Of a stretch of DNA of 64,000 nt, positions 56,716 to 64,000 are shown in pieces; position 1 is the stretch's first letter, and each line of letters opens with the position of its first letter. The position numbers and the translations under genes are program-made. Source of the stretch: Candidatus Woesebacteria bacterium. Its GTDB lineage: Bacteria; Patescibacteriota; Microgenomatia; UBA8517. The stretch lies in the NCBI GenBank assembly GCA_003484955.1, contig DMZH01000002.1, positions 211,496-275,495 on the forward strand, read 5' to 3'. A model generated the notes under the pieces. The model made no database searches and was not told the origin of the DNA. It saw only the letters and a program-made list of their open reading frames with translations.

Positions 56716-57639
56716 TTATTTAACGAGACCGTAAGGACTAAATACGGAGAGTCCGCTGAAAGGAAACTCAGCCCAGCTCTGAAAAACGTTTACCCTGCGG
56801 TTACTTTCACTGCCGGTAACTCCGGAGCTTCCCGTGGAAACAATCTCCAGCCCTTGAGAGGGTAGAGTGGTGTTTCCCGCAAAAGCTACACTGGTCCCGA
56901 CTATATGGCTGGCGTCTGTGTTATATAGCATTCTAACCTTGGCAAAAAGAAGTCCATTCGCCACAGTATATGAACCGGCGGGAATTCCAAGCCCCGACAT
57001 TGTAATTGTTTTTTGAAATGCATAAGTGACTCCGCCAATTTGGCAGGTACCCACCGGATCGGGCATTGCAAAAGAGTTTGATGCTCTTCTTGCGTCGTTG
57101 GGATCATATACCGCCCTGGCAAGTTTTGTATTGGCAAGAGATCCGACAGGATTTTCATAATAGACGCTTACCTCGATTGCGGGAGTTGTCGCTGTACTTT
57201 TAGATGTTCCCTCATTTCCCCAGCAAATTTTGAGCGTATTCCCCGTAAAGCACGGGTAGCCGGCCCCACAAAATATATTTCCCAGGGTGTTATGAGAAAC
57301 AAACCAGTTTGTCATTGAATTGCCCGACAGGAGCTTCGACGGGTAGTTAAACGTGGTTTGGCCCTCAGAATAGTCTGAAACATCAACCGAGTATGAAGCA
57401 TTCCCAATTGAGACATCGCTATAACTGCTCCCCGTAATTAGCGCTCTTTCTATCCCGGCCTCGGCAGCCGAAAAAGCACGAACCGAATCCGCCTGCTCGG
57501 TTGAAATGGAAATATCGGTTATTGAACGGGATAGAATAAAAAGAACTATTGTCAAAACAACGGAAAGAGACAGAAGCACCAAAACCAACGCCTGTCCGGA
57601 TTCATAGAAAAAGGTTTGTCTAAAACTGCTTCTTTGCAT
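56716..57639 (-). CDS. PilX-like pilus-associated protein (hydrophobic N-terminus without canonical prepilin cleavage motif)
   Basis: ESGQALVLVLLSLSVVLTIVLFIL at the N-terminus, 307 aa, located between the minor pilins and pilM. Confidence 0.5.
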   Translation of the reverse strand: MQRSSFRQTFFYESGQALVLVLLSLSVVLTIVLFILSRSITDISISTEQADSVRAFSAAEAGIERALITGSSYSDVSIGNASYSVDVSDYSEGQTTFNYPSKLLSGNSMTNWFVSHNTLGNIFCGAGYPCFTGNTLKICWGNEGTSKSTATTPAIEVSVYYENPVGSLANTKLARAVYDPNDARRASNSFAMPDPVGTCQIGGVTYAFQKTITMSGLGIPAGSYTVANGLLFAKVRMLYNTDASHIVGTSVAFAGNTTLPSQGLEIVSTGSSGVTGSESNRRVNVFQSWAEFPFSGLSVFSPYGLVK

Positions 57640-57690
57640 TACATCTCAGTTTAACAATTGGGCATTATAATTGCAATTTTAAATAAGCGT

Positions 57691-58221
57691 TTAATAGTTC
57701 CTCAAATAAATTTGGGATTTCGCGCTGACGACCGAGCTCTCGACACCTACGCCGGAAGCGTCCTGTACCGTAAGGTCAATGGTTATGGATGGGGGATTTG
57801 ACAAATCCGCATGGGCGCAGGTAAATGAACAGCTGACAATTTTTATTGAATCCGAGGTAAGTCTTACGGAGGTAGGTATTGCGGATCCTGAGGCAATATA
57901 AGAACCGGCGGCGCCAGTATTCACACAGAAAAAGGATGTAGAGGTCTTATTCTGGTCCAGGTAGGTAATCTTTTTTGTGTCGGAGTTTGTACAATCAGAA
58001 ATCATGTTTGCGCCTCTAATGTTTCTTTCAATAACAGCAAGTGAATAATTAAGATTTTCCCTGACCTTCATCAAAGACTCGGATTTTTTGGCACCGCGCA
58101 AGGTTAGCATCAGAGAGCTGGAGACAATTACTCCCAAGATGGCAAAAATTGTAACAACAACCAATATTTCAATCAGACTCAAGCCCCCGGTAAGCCTTTC
58201 CCTGTGAAAGTTTTTTTTCAT
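57691..58221 (-). CDS. Prepilin-type minor pilin
   Basis: Class III signal (GG|LSLIEILVV) with Glu at +5. Confidence 0.7.
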   Translation of the reverse strand: MKKNFHRERLTGGLSLIEILVVVTIFAILGVIVSSSLMLTLRGAKKSESLMKVRENLNYSLAVIERNIRGANMISDCTNSDTKKITYLDQNKTSTSFFCVNTGAAGSYIASGSAIPTSVRLTSDSIKIVSCSFTCAHADLSNPPSITIDLTVQDASGVGVESSVVSAKSQIYLRNY

Positions 58222-58228
58222 ATCTAAA

Positions 58229-58678
58229 TTATTTTATTGATAAATTTGTTGAACCTAATGACTCATGTATTCCTTTTGAGTCAGTCCAGGTGATGGTTAC
58301 ATCAACCTGCACAAGATTTGGCGAAGTTGTTTGAAAATCAACCTGGCGTGTAAATTTTGTCCCTGTTACATAATCGCTGGCCCCACAAGCTCTGGGAAGC
58401 GTCCAGGTAAGCTCCTTAAAACACCATACTCCGGTTGCCGTATGCGCAATAAACACATTAAGGTCGCCGTCTCTCTCCTGTCTTAGCCATTCATTGGTTT
58501 GCACTATATAATTTGATGCCAAAGTGCTGTCTCGGGAAAAGGATGAGTTCTGAATTGAATTTGTAGTCAACGAAACTATGCCTGTAATTACCAATGCGGT
58601 TATGGCAATTGCCACAACGACCTCAAAAAGTGATTGTCCCTTTTGTAATTCATTATTAACTCTTAATTTAAAATTCAT
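58229..58678 (-). CDS. Prepilin-type minor pilin
   Basis: KG|QSLFEVVVAIAI with Glu at +5. Confidence 0.65.
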   Translation of the reverse strand: MNFKLRVNNELQKGQSLFEVVVAIAITALVITGIVSLTTNSIQNSSFSRDSTLASNYIVQTNEWLRQERDGDLNVFIAHTATGVWCFKELTWTLPRACGASDYVTGTKFTRQVDFQTTSPNLVQVDVTITWTDSKGIHESLGSTNLSIK

Positions 58679-59184
58679 TTTATGTCTCCTCCAGAACCAA
58701 TCGATATTACTTGTGTTTGACCGGTAAAACCTTGGGTAAGAGTAATCGAAGCGCCACCCGCAGGAATATTTGTTCCCATTCCCAATACTTTGAAAAGGAT
58801 TGGGTTTGGAGACGGAGTAGAAATTGTAATATTCGGGGGCATATTAACATCATTGGTTGTAATACTTCCGCCCGAACAGAAAGCCTGAACTTGATATCTG
58901 GTGGTAGAAACAACTCTAAAGTAGTAACCGGACAAAGTCTGCGTACCGCCACAAGCGGCACCTGTCGGTTTGGTTCCGGATAGGGCATTTTGCTGAGCTA
59001 CCCTTAAGTCTCCATTAACTAGTTTCACGGCCCCTGCCAAAGCCTGACGCCTGGAAAAGTCTCTGTATCCCACGAAGCCGGCACCAAAAAGAATCCCGAT
59101 AACCGTTAAAACAACCAGAATCTCAATGAGCGTGTAGCCACGCTCTGTACGATTAAAATCTTTCATGAGCGTGTAGCCTTTCAT
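58675..59184 (-). CDS. Prepilin-type pilin
   Basis: RG|YTLIEILVVLTVIGIL. The start overlaps the upstream stop (ATGA). Confidence 0.75.
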   Translation of the reverse strand: MKGYTLMKDFNRTERGYTLIEILVVLTVIGILFGAGFVGYRDFSRRQALAGAVKLVNGDLRVAQQNALSGTKPTGAACGGTQTLSGYYFRVVSTTRYQVQAFCSGGSITTNDVNMPPNITISTPSPNPILFKVLGMGTNIPAGGASITLTQGFTGQTQVISIGSGGDIK

Positions 59185-59630
59185 GGATTTGTTACCCTGT
59201 AATTACATGTCGACCCTCCGCAATTAGAAGTGGCACCACAGGTAATGGTCGTTCCGCCCTGTTCAAGAGAAGCACAAAGCTGGTAAGTTGAGCCGTCAGC
59301 CGAATAATATAAATAACTTCGACTTGTCGAGGTGGGGTCTAGGGGAACCTGGGAAATATAGGTATTTGTATTCCCGCATGTGGCTATTGTTCCTACTAAA
59401 TTGGATAATGTTCCTGCGGTGGCTTTAACCAAATATTTACCTTGATTGCAATCGGCCTTATACATTTCAAGTCCGCTTCTTATTTGTTCCAAATCGGATT
59501 TTCTCCTTCCATCACGGGATGCCTCCCTTGCTCCCTGCATGCCAAAAACCGAAAGGGCAATGAGAATTCCCAGTATGGAGATCACAACTAAAAGTTCAAC
59601 TAATGTAAAGCCTTGTTTTGTAATTTTCAT
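59181..59630 (-). CDS. Prepilin-type pilin
   Basis: KQG|FTLVELLVVISILGIL. Cys-rich C-terminus. Confidence 0.8.
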   Translation of the reverse strand: MKITKQGFTLVELLVVISILGILIALSVFGMQGAREASRDGRRKSDLEQIRSGLEMYKADCNQGKYLVKATAGTLSNLVGTIATCGNTNTYISQVPLDPTSTSRSYLYYSADGSTYQLCASLEQGGTTITCGATSNCGGSTCNYRVTNP

Positions 59631-59631
59631 T

Positions 59632-60126
59632 TTATTGTGTTAATCCCGCCGGACACCCTCCGGTACTGAATACTGTGGAGGAGCTTATCTTTCCGGACTG
59701 ACCAGTAGAACAGACAACCCAATAGGTGTTGCTTATGTTTTCAAGTTTTGCCCATAAAACATACCGTGTAGCCTTTGCTGCAAAGTCGTTTGTGGTCCCG
59801 TCCGTTTGATATTTGTAGGGAGGTGGGTCACCATCCGTTGCGTCATACTTCGGATCATTCGGACAAGTACCGCTAATTACCAAAGCGTTACACAAACCGG
59901 TCATTGTAGCGGATCCCGAGAACCAGGCTGGATATAAACCGTTATTTTTATTTGCAAATGCCTCAATTGAATTTTGATATTGCTTAAGGTCCGATTTCCT
60001 TTGAGTATCTCTGGCTTGTTTTTGGGTAGATGTAAAAGAAACTGTTGCAAGTGCTGCCAAAATACCAATGATGGATACAACAACCAAAAGCTCAATTAAT
60101 GTAAATCCCCGTTTTATAATTTTCAT
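59632..60126 (-). CDS. Prepilin-type pilin
   Basis: KRG|FTLIELLVVVSIIGIL. Confidence 0.8.
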   Translation of the reverse strand: MKIIKRGFTLIELLVVVSIIGILAALATVSFTSTQKQARDTQRKSDLKQYQNSIEAFANKNNGLYPAWFSGSATMTGLCNALVISGTCPNDPKYDATDGDPPPYKYQTDGTTNDFAAKATRYVLWAKLENISNTYWVVCSTGQSGKISSSTVFSTGGCPAGLTQ

Positions 60127-60127
60127 A

Positions 60128-60568
60128 TTATGGTTTTACCGAATATCGACAGCCTGAGTCACCGGAACAGGCAATTATGTTTCCGCTGGCATCCTTATCG
60201 CATTTGGCGTCGCTTTTATTTTCAAGGCAGGCAGTTAGTGTAAAAGTGTCATTAGCGGCATCCGGAGCGTAAGTATAGGCCTGGCCGGGAAGAGGATCAT
60301 TGGGAACTTTGCTCATATAAACATTACTGGATGTTGACCATTCCGCACCCCAGGGAATGGATGTGGAAAGGGGCGGATAAGATCCGCTGTCATTGTAATA
60401 AAGCCTAAGAGCTGTTTGAAGATTTTTAAAATCAGCTTTTCTTACCGCGTCCCGGGAACGGCTTCTGGCAGCGTTCAGGTTTGCGGTCACAAGAGTAGCT
60501 AAAATTCCGATTATCGAAACTACCACAAGAAGCTCGATTAAGGTAAAACCTTTTTTATTGGCAGTCAT
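60128..60568 (-). CDS. Prepilin-type pilin (start trimmed to the internal ATG at 60568)
   Basis: MTANKKG|FTLIELLVVVSIIGIL. The 71-codon extension in the track lacks pilin character. Confidence 0.75.
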   Translation of the reverse strand: MTANKKGFTLIELLVVVSIIGILATLVTANLNAARSRSRDAVRKADFKNLQTALRLYYNDSGSYPPLSTSIPWGAEWSTSSNVYMSKVPNDPLPGQAYTYAPDAANDTFTLTACLENKSDAKCDKDASGNIIACSGDSGCRYSVKP

Positions 60569-60605
60569 ATTCTTAATTAATAATACAATAAATTTATACC
60601 GGACA

Positions 60606-61151
60606 CTAATTTGCAGTCGCAGTCGTATTGGGACTCGTAATCGAAAAGTTACAGCCCACAGTACCCCCGCAGGCGACACCCGCGGGTAAATCGGTATGCG
60701 TACTGCAATTGTTCCCGATGCAAGCACTTGTATCCTGTGAATTTTCAAGCCCGGCATAAAGTTGAAACCCCTGATTCGCACCCCCCCCGACAGTCACGGT
60801 ACGATAATAGTATTTATAGTTTGATGCAGGGTCTTTTGGTACCGTCTTTAAGTAAATTGTTTTTCCATCGGTAAACTGTCCTATACCCCAGGAACACACG
60901 GTACTTGTTGTAGACGGACAACCCGCCACCTGGCCATTCGAAGAGGTGGGATAGATGCCGTAATCGTTATAGTATATTTCAAGGGCATTAGAGATTTGTT
61001 TCAGGTCAGATTTCCTTTGGGCGTCGCGGCCTCTCATTTGGGCACTGCTGAACACAACCAGGCCAATTGTTGAAAGGATACCTAAAATCGCGATAACAAC
61101 CAGAAGCTCGACAAGAGTAAAACCCGACTTTGAATTTTGTTTCATGGGCAA
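60606..61151 (-). CDS. Prepilin-type pilin
   Basis: KSG|FTLVELLVVIAILGIL. Cys-rich C-terminus. Confidence 0.8.
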   Translation of the reverse strand: MPMKQNSKSGFTLVELLVVIAILGILSTIGLVVFSSAQMRGRDAQRKSDLKQISNALEIYYNDYGIYPTSSNGQVAGCPSTTSTVCSWGIGQFTDGKTIYLKTVPKDPASNYKYYYRTVTVGGGANQGFQLYAGLENSQDTSACIGNNCSTHTDLPAGVACGGTVGCNFSITSPNTTATAN

Positions 61152-61170
61152 GTATCTAATATTTATAATA

Positions 61171-61755
61171 CTACTTTTTCAAAAGCGCTGCTTCTTCCTC
61201 ACACTGTTTTAATGTCTTAGGAATATCGCATCCATAAGAACGTCCGACATTACAAACACTACTGCCGCAGTAAAGATTTTTAGCAATGATTTTTACATCA
61301 ACCTCCGGTTCAGATTTCCCCTCCATTGCCGCAAACACCTGAAATCGGGCTCCGTCACTCAAATACAGATAGGAGACTCCTTTTTGCCAGTACGGCTCAC
61401 GGGGGAGAACTGTCATATACACTTTACCGTTTATCAAATTAACAAATGCATCTTTTCCCCAGTCACAGGGAATTGGATCAAACACCCATTGCCCTTTTTT
61501 ATCTTTATATGGCTTATCTCCGGGTTTTAAACAATCCATAATTCTGCCGTCGGGGGAGGACGGGGGAAAAATGCCTAGCTCTGCATAATATTCGTCCAAT
61601 GAATGTTCAAGTGACCCTAAATCATCACGTCTGACCTGATCCCGGGCACGCCGCAAACTGGCAATAAAATTAGGAATAGACACAATTACAAGGATACTAA
61701 AGATAACAATCAATGAGATCCTCTCTGATTTGGAGAAAATTTTTAATTTAGACAT
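61171..61755 (-). CDS. Divergent pilin-like protein lacking the canonical G/FxxxE cleavage motif
   Basis: Hydrophobic N-terminus (ISLIVIFSILVIVSIPNFIASL) followed by the pilin-conserved ARDQVRRDDLGSLEHSLDEYY block. There is no Gly at -1 and no Glu at +5. Confidence 0.55.
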   Translation of the reverse strand: MSKLKIFSKSERISLIVIFSILVIVSIPNFIASLRRARDQVRRDDLGSLEHSLDEYYAELGIFPPSSPDGRIMDCLKPGDKPYKDKKGQWVFDPIPCDWGKDAFVNLINGKVYMTVLPREPYWQKGVSYLYLSDGARFQVFAAMEGKSEPEVDVKIIAKNLYCGSSVCNVGRSYGCDIPKTLKQCEEEAALLKK

Positions 61756-61762
61756 TGGCTAA

Positions 61763-62362
61763 TTATAAAAAGCTACAACTGTAAATAGGCTGACCGCAAC
61801 TGCCGTTACAATTTGGTAAATCCCAGGTATAACTTGAGCAGGTATTAGGTCTGTCAAGATTTGTACAAATACCCTCTATACACCCATAAAGATTACTTCC
61901 TTCATTGGGAAAGTTGGGTGCGTTGTCCGAGGACATATAAAAATTATATGTGTCACCCGGTCCAACACCCGGAATAGCAGACGCATCTTTGGTGTATTGC
62001 AAGGTGGTATAAACACGGAACCAAACCGGGCAAGGCGTCCCGTCGTTTTCGTAGAAATAGGCATTGCCCGTCACAGGATCACAGGGTACGTCGGTTAGGT
62101 AGGGGTGGATCGGAATACCGGCATCTGTACCGCATGCATTCATAAGCGCAGCATCAGGATAACAATTGTGATCTTTTTCGTATTCTTCAACGGCAATTTT
62201 AATTGAATTCAAGTCGGCTTTACGTTTTGAATCATTACCCTTGTGAAGCTGTGGAGAAAAAGACATAACTGCAGCCAGAACCAAAATGGCAATAATGGAA
62301 AATATAACCATTACCTCAGTCAAGGTGAAACCGAGGTATATTTTTTTGTTCCCGAGTGTCAT
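61763..62362 (-). CDS. Prepilin-type pilin
   Basis: LG|FTLTEVMVIFSIIAIL. Confidence 0.75.
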   Translation of the reverse strand: MTLGNKKIYLGFTLTEVMVIFSIIAILVLAAVMSFSPQLHKGNDSKRKADLNSIKIAVEEYEKDHNCYPDAALMNACGTDAGIPIHPYLTDVPCDPVTGNAYFYENDGTPCPVWFRVYTTLQYTKDASAIPGVGPGDTYNFYMSSDNAPNFPNEGSNLYGCIEGICTNLDRPNTCSSYTWDLPNCNGSCGQPIYSCSFL

Positions 62363-63111
62363 ATTAAGCCCAAAAAATGTGTTATTTTATTACCAAAAAC
62401 TACCGCCAGTCCGAGTCCGATGATAAGAAAAGGTCCAAAAGCAATTTTGCTTTTCATTTTCGCCCGACCCAGTAGAATCAGTATGCTGCCTGCGATTGCC
62501 CCTGTCAAGAAAGCTAAAAGAAACCAAATCGGAAGCAATTTTAAATCAATCAGAATTCCTCCAAGCACCGCGAATTTTACATCCCCAAGTCCCATACCTT
62601 TACCTTTAGTTATCAAATGTAGCAACATTAGAAGAGACGCGGCAAAAAAACCTGAAAAGATAATAGAAAATAATGAATTAGGAATAAAGAATAATGAATA
62701 AAACAGAGCGACAAAAACGCCAATAAAAACAAGAGGGTCGGGGATAATTTGATTTTCCAAGTCGATAATAAAAATCGATAAAAACAAGAGAAATAAAATT
62801 AATAAATATATTGTTTTAATATAATCGGGGAGTACCGTAAGGCCTATTACTAAAAACCCGCAAGCCGCAGAAAGTTCAATAATGGGGTAGCGCAATGAAA
62901 TTCCGGTTTTACAATTACGACATTTACCGCCAAGTCCAAGGTAAGAAAAAAGGGGAATGTTGTCGTACCAGGCAATTTGTGATTTACAGTGAGGACAGAT
63001 ACTCCTTCCCTTTACAAAAGACATTCCGCGGGGCACTCTCCAGGTAAGAGCGGAGATAAACGAGCCAAAAACCAATCCCAAAGTTAAGAGAAAAATAGAC
63101 TCAAGAAGCAT
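62359..63111 (-). CDS. pilD: Prepilin peptidase (A24 family) PilD
   Basis: N-terminal CxxC...CxxC zinc motif (CPHCKSQ...CRNCKT), conserved Asp motifs (GMGLGDVKF), polytopic membrane protein. Confidence 0.85.
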   Translation of the reverse strand: MLLESIFLLTLGLVFGSFISALTWRVPRGMSFVKGRSICPHCKSQIAWYDNIPLFSYLGLGGKCRNCKTGISLRYPIIELSAACGFLVIGLTVLPDYIKTIYLLILFLLFLSIFIIDLENQIIPDPLVFIGVFVALFYSLFFIPNSLFSIIFSGFFAASLLMLLHLITKGKGMGLGDVKFAVLGGILIDLKLLPIWFLLAFLTGAIAGSILILLGRAKMKSKIAFGPFLIIGLGLAVVFGNKITHFLGLI

Positions 63112-63114
63112 TTC

Positions 63115-63741
63115 TTATTCCGGTACACACTCTGCACAGGTTGGCATGTTACTACCAGTCACTGTCCAGCCGGCTGAAGTGGGAGTACTGCAAGCAGTCG
63201 TGTATGTAGGTAATCCTGCCGTTAAGCCCGCAGTCAAATCAACCACTTTGCCATTAGTATGGGCCGTTTGTCTGGCTGAATTAGATTTGGGAACCCAGCA
63301 GGCAAAAACACTTGACGAGGCTCCTGCACCTTTACCAACAAATAAGCTACCGGCGGATGTTGTTGCTTTAATAAACGAACGGCTTAAAAACGCAACTTGC
63401 AGTTCATTCGCATCTATAAGAGTTCCCCCTGTAGTACATCCCGTAGCAGAACAAAGACCAACTAAAGCATCTTTGGCGGTTATAAAAGGAAATGCCGTGT
63501 CAGCGCTTGGATAGTTCGTGGGGTCAGTCACTGACCATGGATAATTGTTATGACCTGTGTAATACCTTTGAAGAGCAGAAACAACCTGGCTTGCATCGGC
63601 TTTCATTCCGGAATCACTTGCTCTGTTGGCTTGCTCAATGGGGTTTATTGCTGCAATAACTATCGTGGCAATTATTCCAAGAAGTGCAATAACTATAAGA
63701 AGTTCTACCAATGTGAAACCTCGAGCAGTTTTTTGTTTCAT
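63115..63741 (-). CDS. Prepilin-type pilin (first pilin after pilC, possibly the major pilin)
   Basis: ARG|FTLVELLIVIALLGIIATIV. 208 aa. Confidence 0.8.
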   Translation of the reverse strand: MKQKTARGFTLVELLIVIALLGIIATIVIAAINPIEQANRASDSGMKADASQVVSALQRYYTGHNNYPWSVTDPTNYPSADTAFPFITAKDALVGLCSATGCTTGGTLIDANELQVAFLSRSFIKATTSAGSLFVGKGAGASSSVFACWVPKSNSARQTAHTNGKVVDLTAGLTAGLPTYTTACSTPTSAGWTVTGSNMPTCAECVPE

Positions 63742-63809
63742 ATTATCGCTATACCGTACTTAATTATTATTATCGGTTCCAAAAACCTTGTCAATAGGCA
63801 GTTCCGGGA

Positions 63810-64000
63810 TTAAAAACTGCTTGTCAAATTGTAAATCGGAAGTATCACGGCAATTACCAAAAATCCGACACCAAGACCTAAGACAACCATAACTATTGGC
63901 TCGATGGCGGCGGTTAGGCCTTTAACTTTCTCGTCGCTTTCAACTTCAAAAATACGGCTAATTTTGGTCAAAACCTCATCCATTTTTCCTGTTTCCTCAC
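63810..64000 (-). CDS. pilC: Type IV pilus platform protein PilC, C-terminal fragment (gene continues beyond the window)
   Basis: The translation of the reverse strand ends ...GLTAAIEPIVMVVLGLGVGFLVIAVILPIYNLTSSF*, matching the C-terminus of the T2SS-F/PilC domain. Confidence 0.7.
   Translation of the reverse strand, partial: EETGKMDEVLTKISRIFEVESDEKVKGLTAAIEPIVMVVLGLGVGFLVIAVILPIYNLTSSF

Noticed and set aside
60569-60781. N-terminal 71 codons of ORF 60128..60781
   Set aside because: The extension overlaps the preceding pilin gene and has no pilin character. The canonical prepilin leader begins at the internal ATG (60568).
1-64000. CRISPR arrays, rRNA genes, reverse transcriptases (retron, DGR or group II intron)
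   Set aside because: A scan of all intergenic regions over 100 bp found no spaced direct-repeat array. No 16S/23S/5S signatures and no RT motif (YxDD) ORFs were seen.

Overview
This 64-kb window is from a low-GC (about 38-40% by eye) bacterial chromosome. Many features point to a Candidate Phyla Radiation (Patescibacteria)-type genome: domain-reduced housekeeping proteins (trigger factor without a PPIase domain, ThrRS without the N-terminal domains, UvrC without the HhH tail, PheT of 656 aa), an archaeo-eukaryotic DRG-type GTPase, a bacterial RRM protein, many small hypothetical or secreted proteins, very dense tRNA clusters, and a large type IV pilus locus. The standard genetic code is used, and TGA serves as a stop codon. 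Gene order along the window is as follows. First come uvrA (3' part, cut by the window edge), a transglutaminase-like secreted protein and uvrC, then a DUF360 membrane protein, secG, a family-5 solute-binding protein, a DsbA-like oxidoreductase and an HNH endonuclease. Next is tRNA-His, immediately followed by a roughly 7.6-kb block of minus-strand hypothetical genes headed by a large serine recombinase whose 3' end overlaps the tRNA. This block looks like an integrative element, with cargo that includes a P-loop NTPase, a membrane HExxH protein, a HEPN-motif protein and Zn-ribbon proteins. After it come a cluster of secreted proteins, three tRNAs and pyrG, then tRNA-Arg, a DRG GTPase, an RlmI-like methyltransferase and a B12-binding radical SAM protein, followed by a minus-strand trio (YjjX-like NTPase, GT2, thymidylate-kinase-like). 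Further on are greA, tRNA-Lys, a secreted glycoside hydrolase, an ArsR regulator, six more tRNAs, two paralogous SLT-domain proteins separated by a promoter plus terminator module (candidate sRNA), tRNA-Leu, DUF192, an alpha/beta hydrolase, an RRM protein, trigger factor, tRNA-Val, a second DUF360 protein, uppP and tRNA-Ala. The housekeeping stretch that follows contains typA, thrS, infC-rpmI-rplT, pheST, PBP1A, tyrS, recG and rpmF-nusB-ACP-like-rnc-rpsP-KH. The window ends with a type IV pilus operon of about 9.5 kb on the minus strand: pilO/N/M, a PilX-like gene, ten pilin or pilin-like genes, pilD, a further pilin and the 3' end of pilC. I found no rRNA, no CRISPR array and no reverse transcriptase. 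All tRNA and small-feature coordinates were derived by hand and may be off by 1-2 nt.
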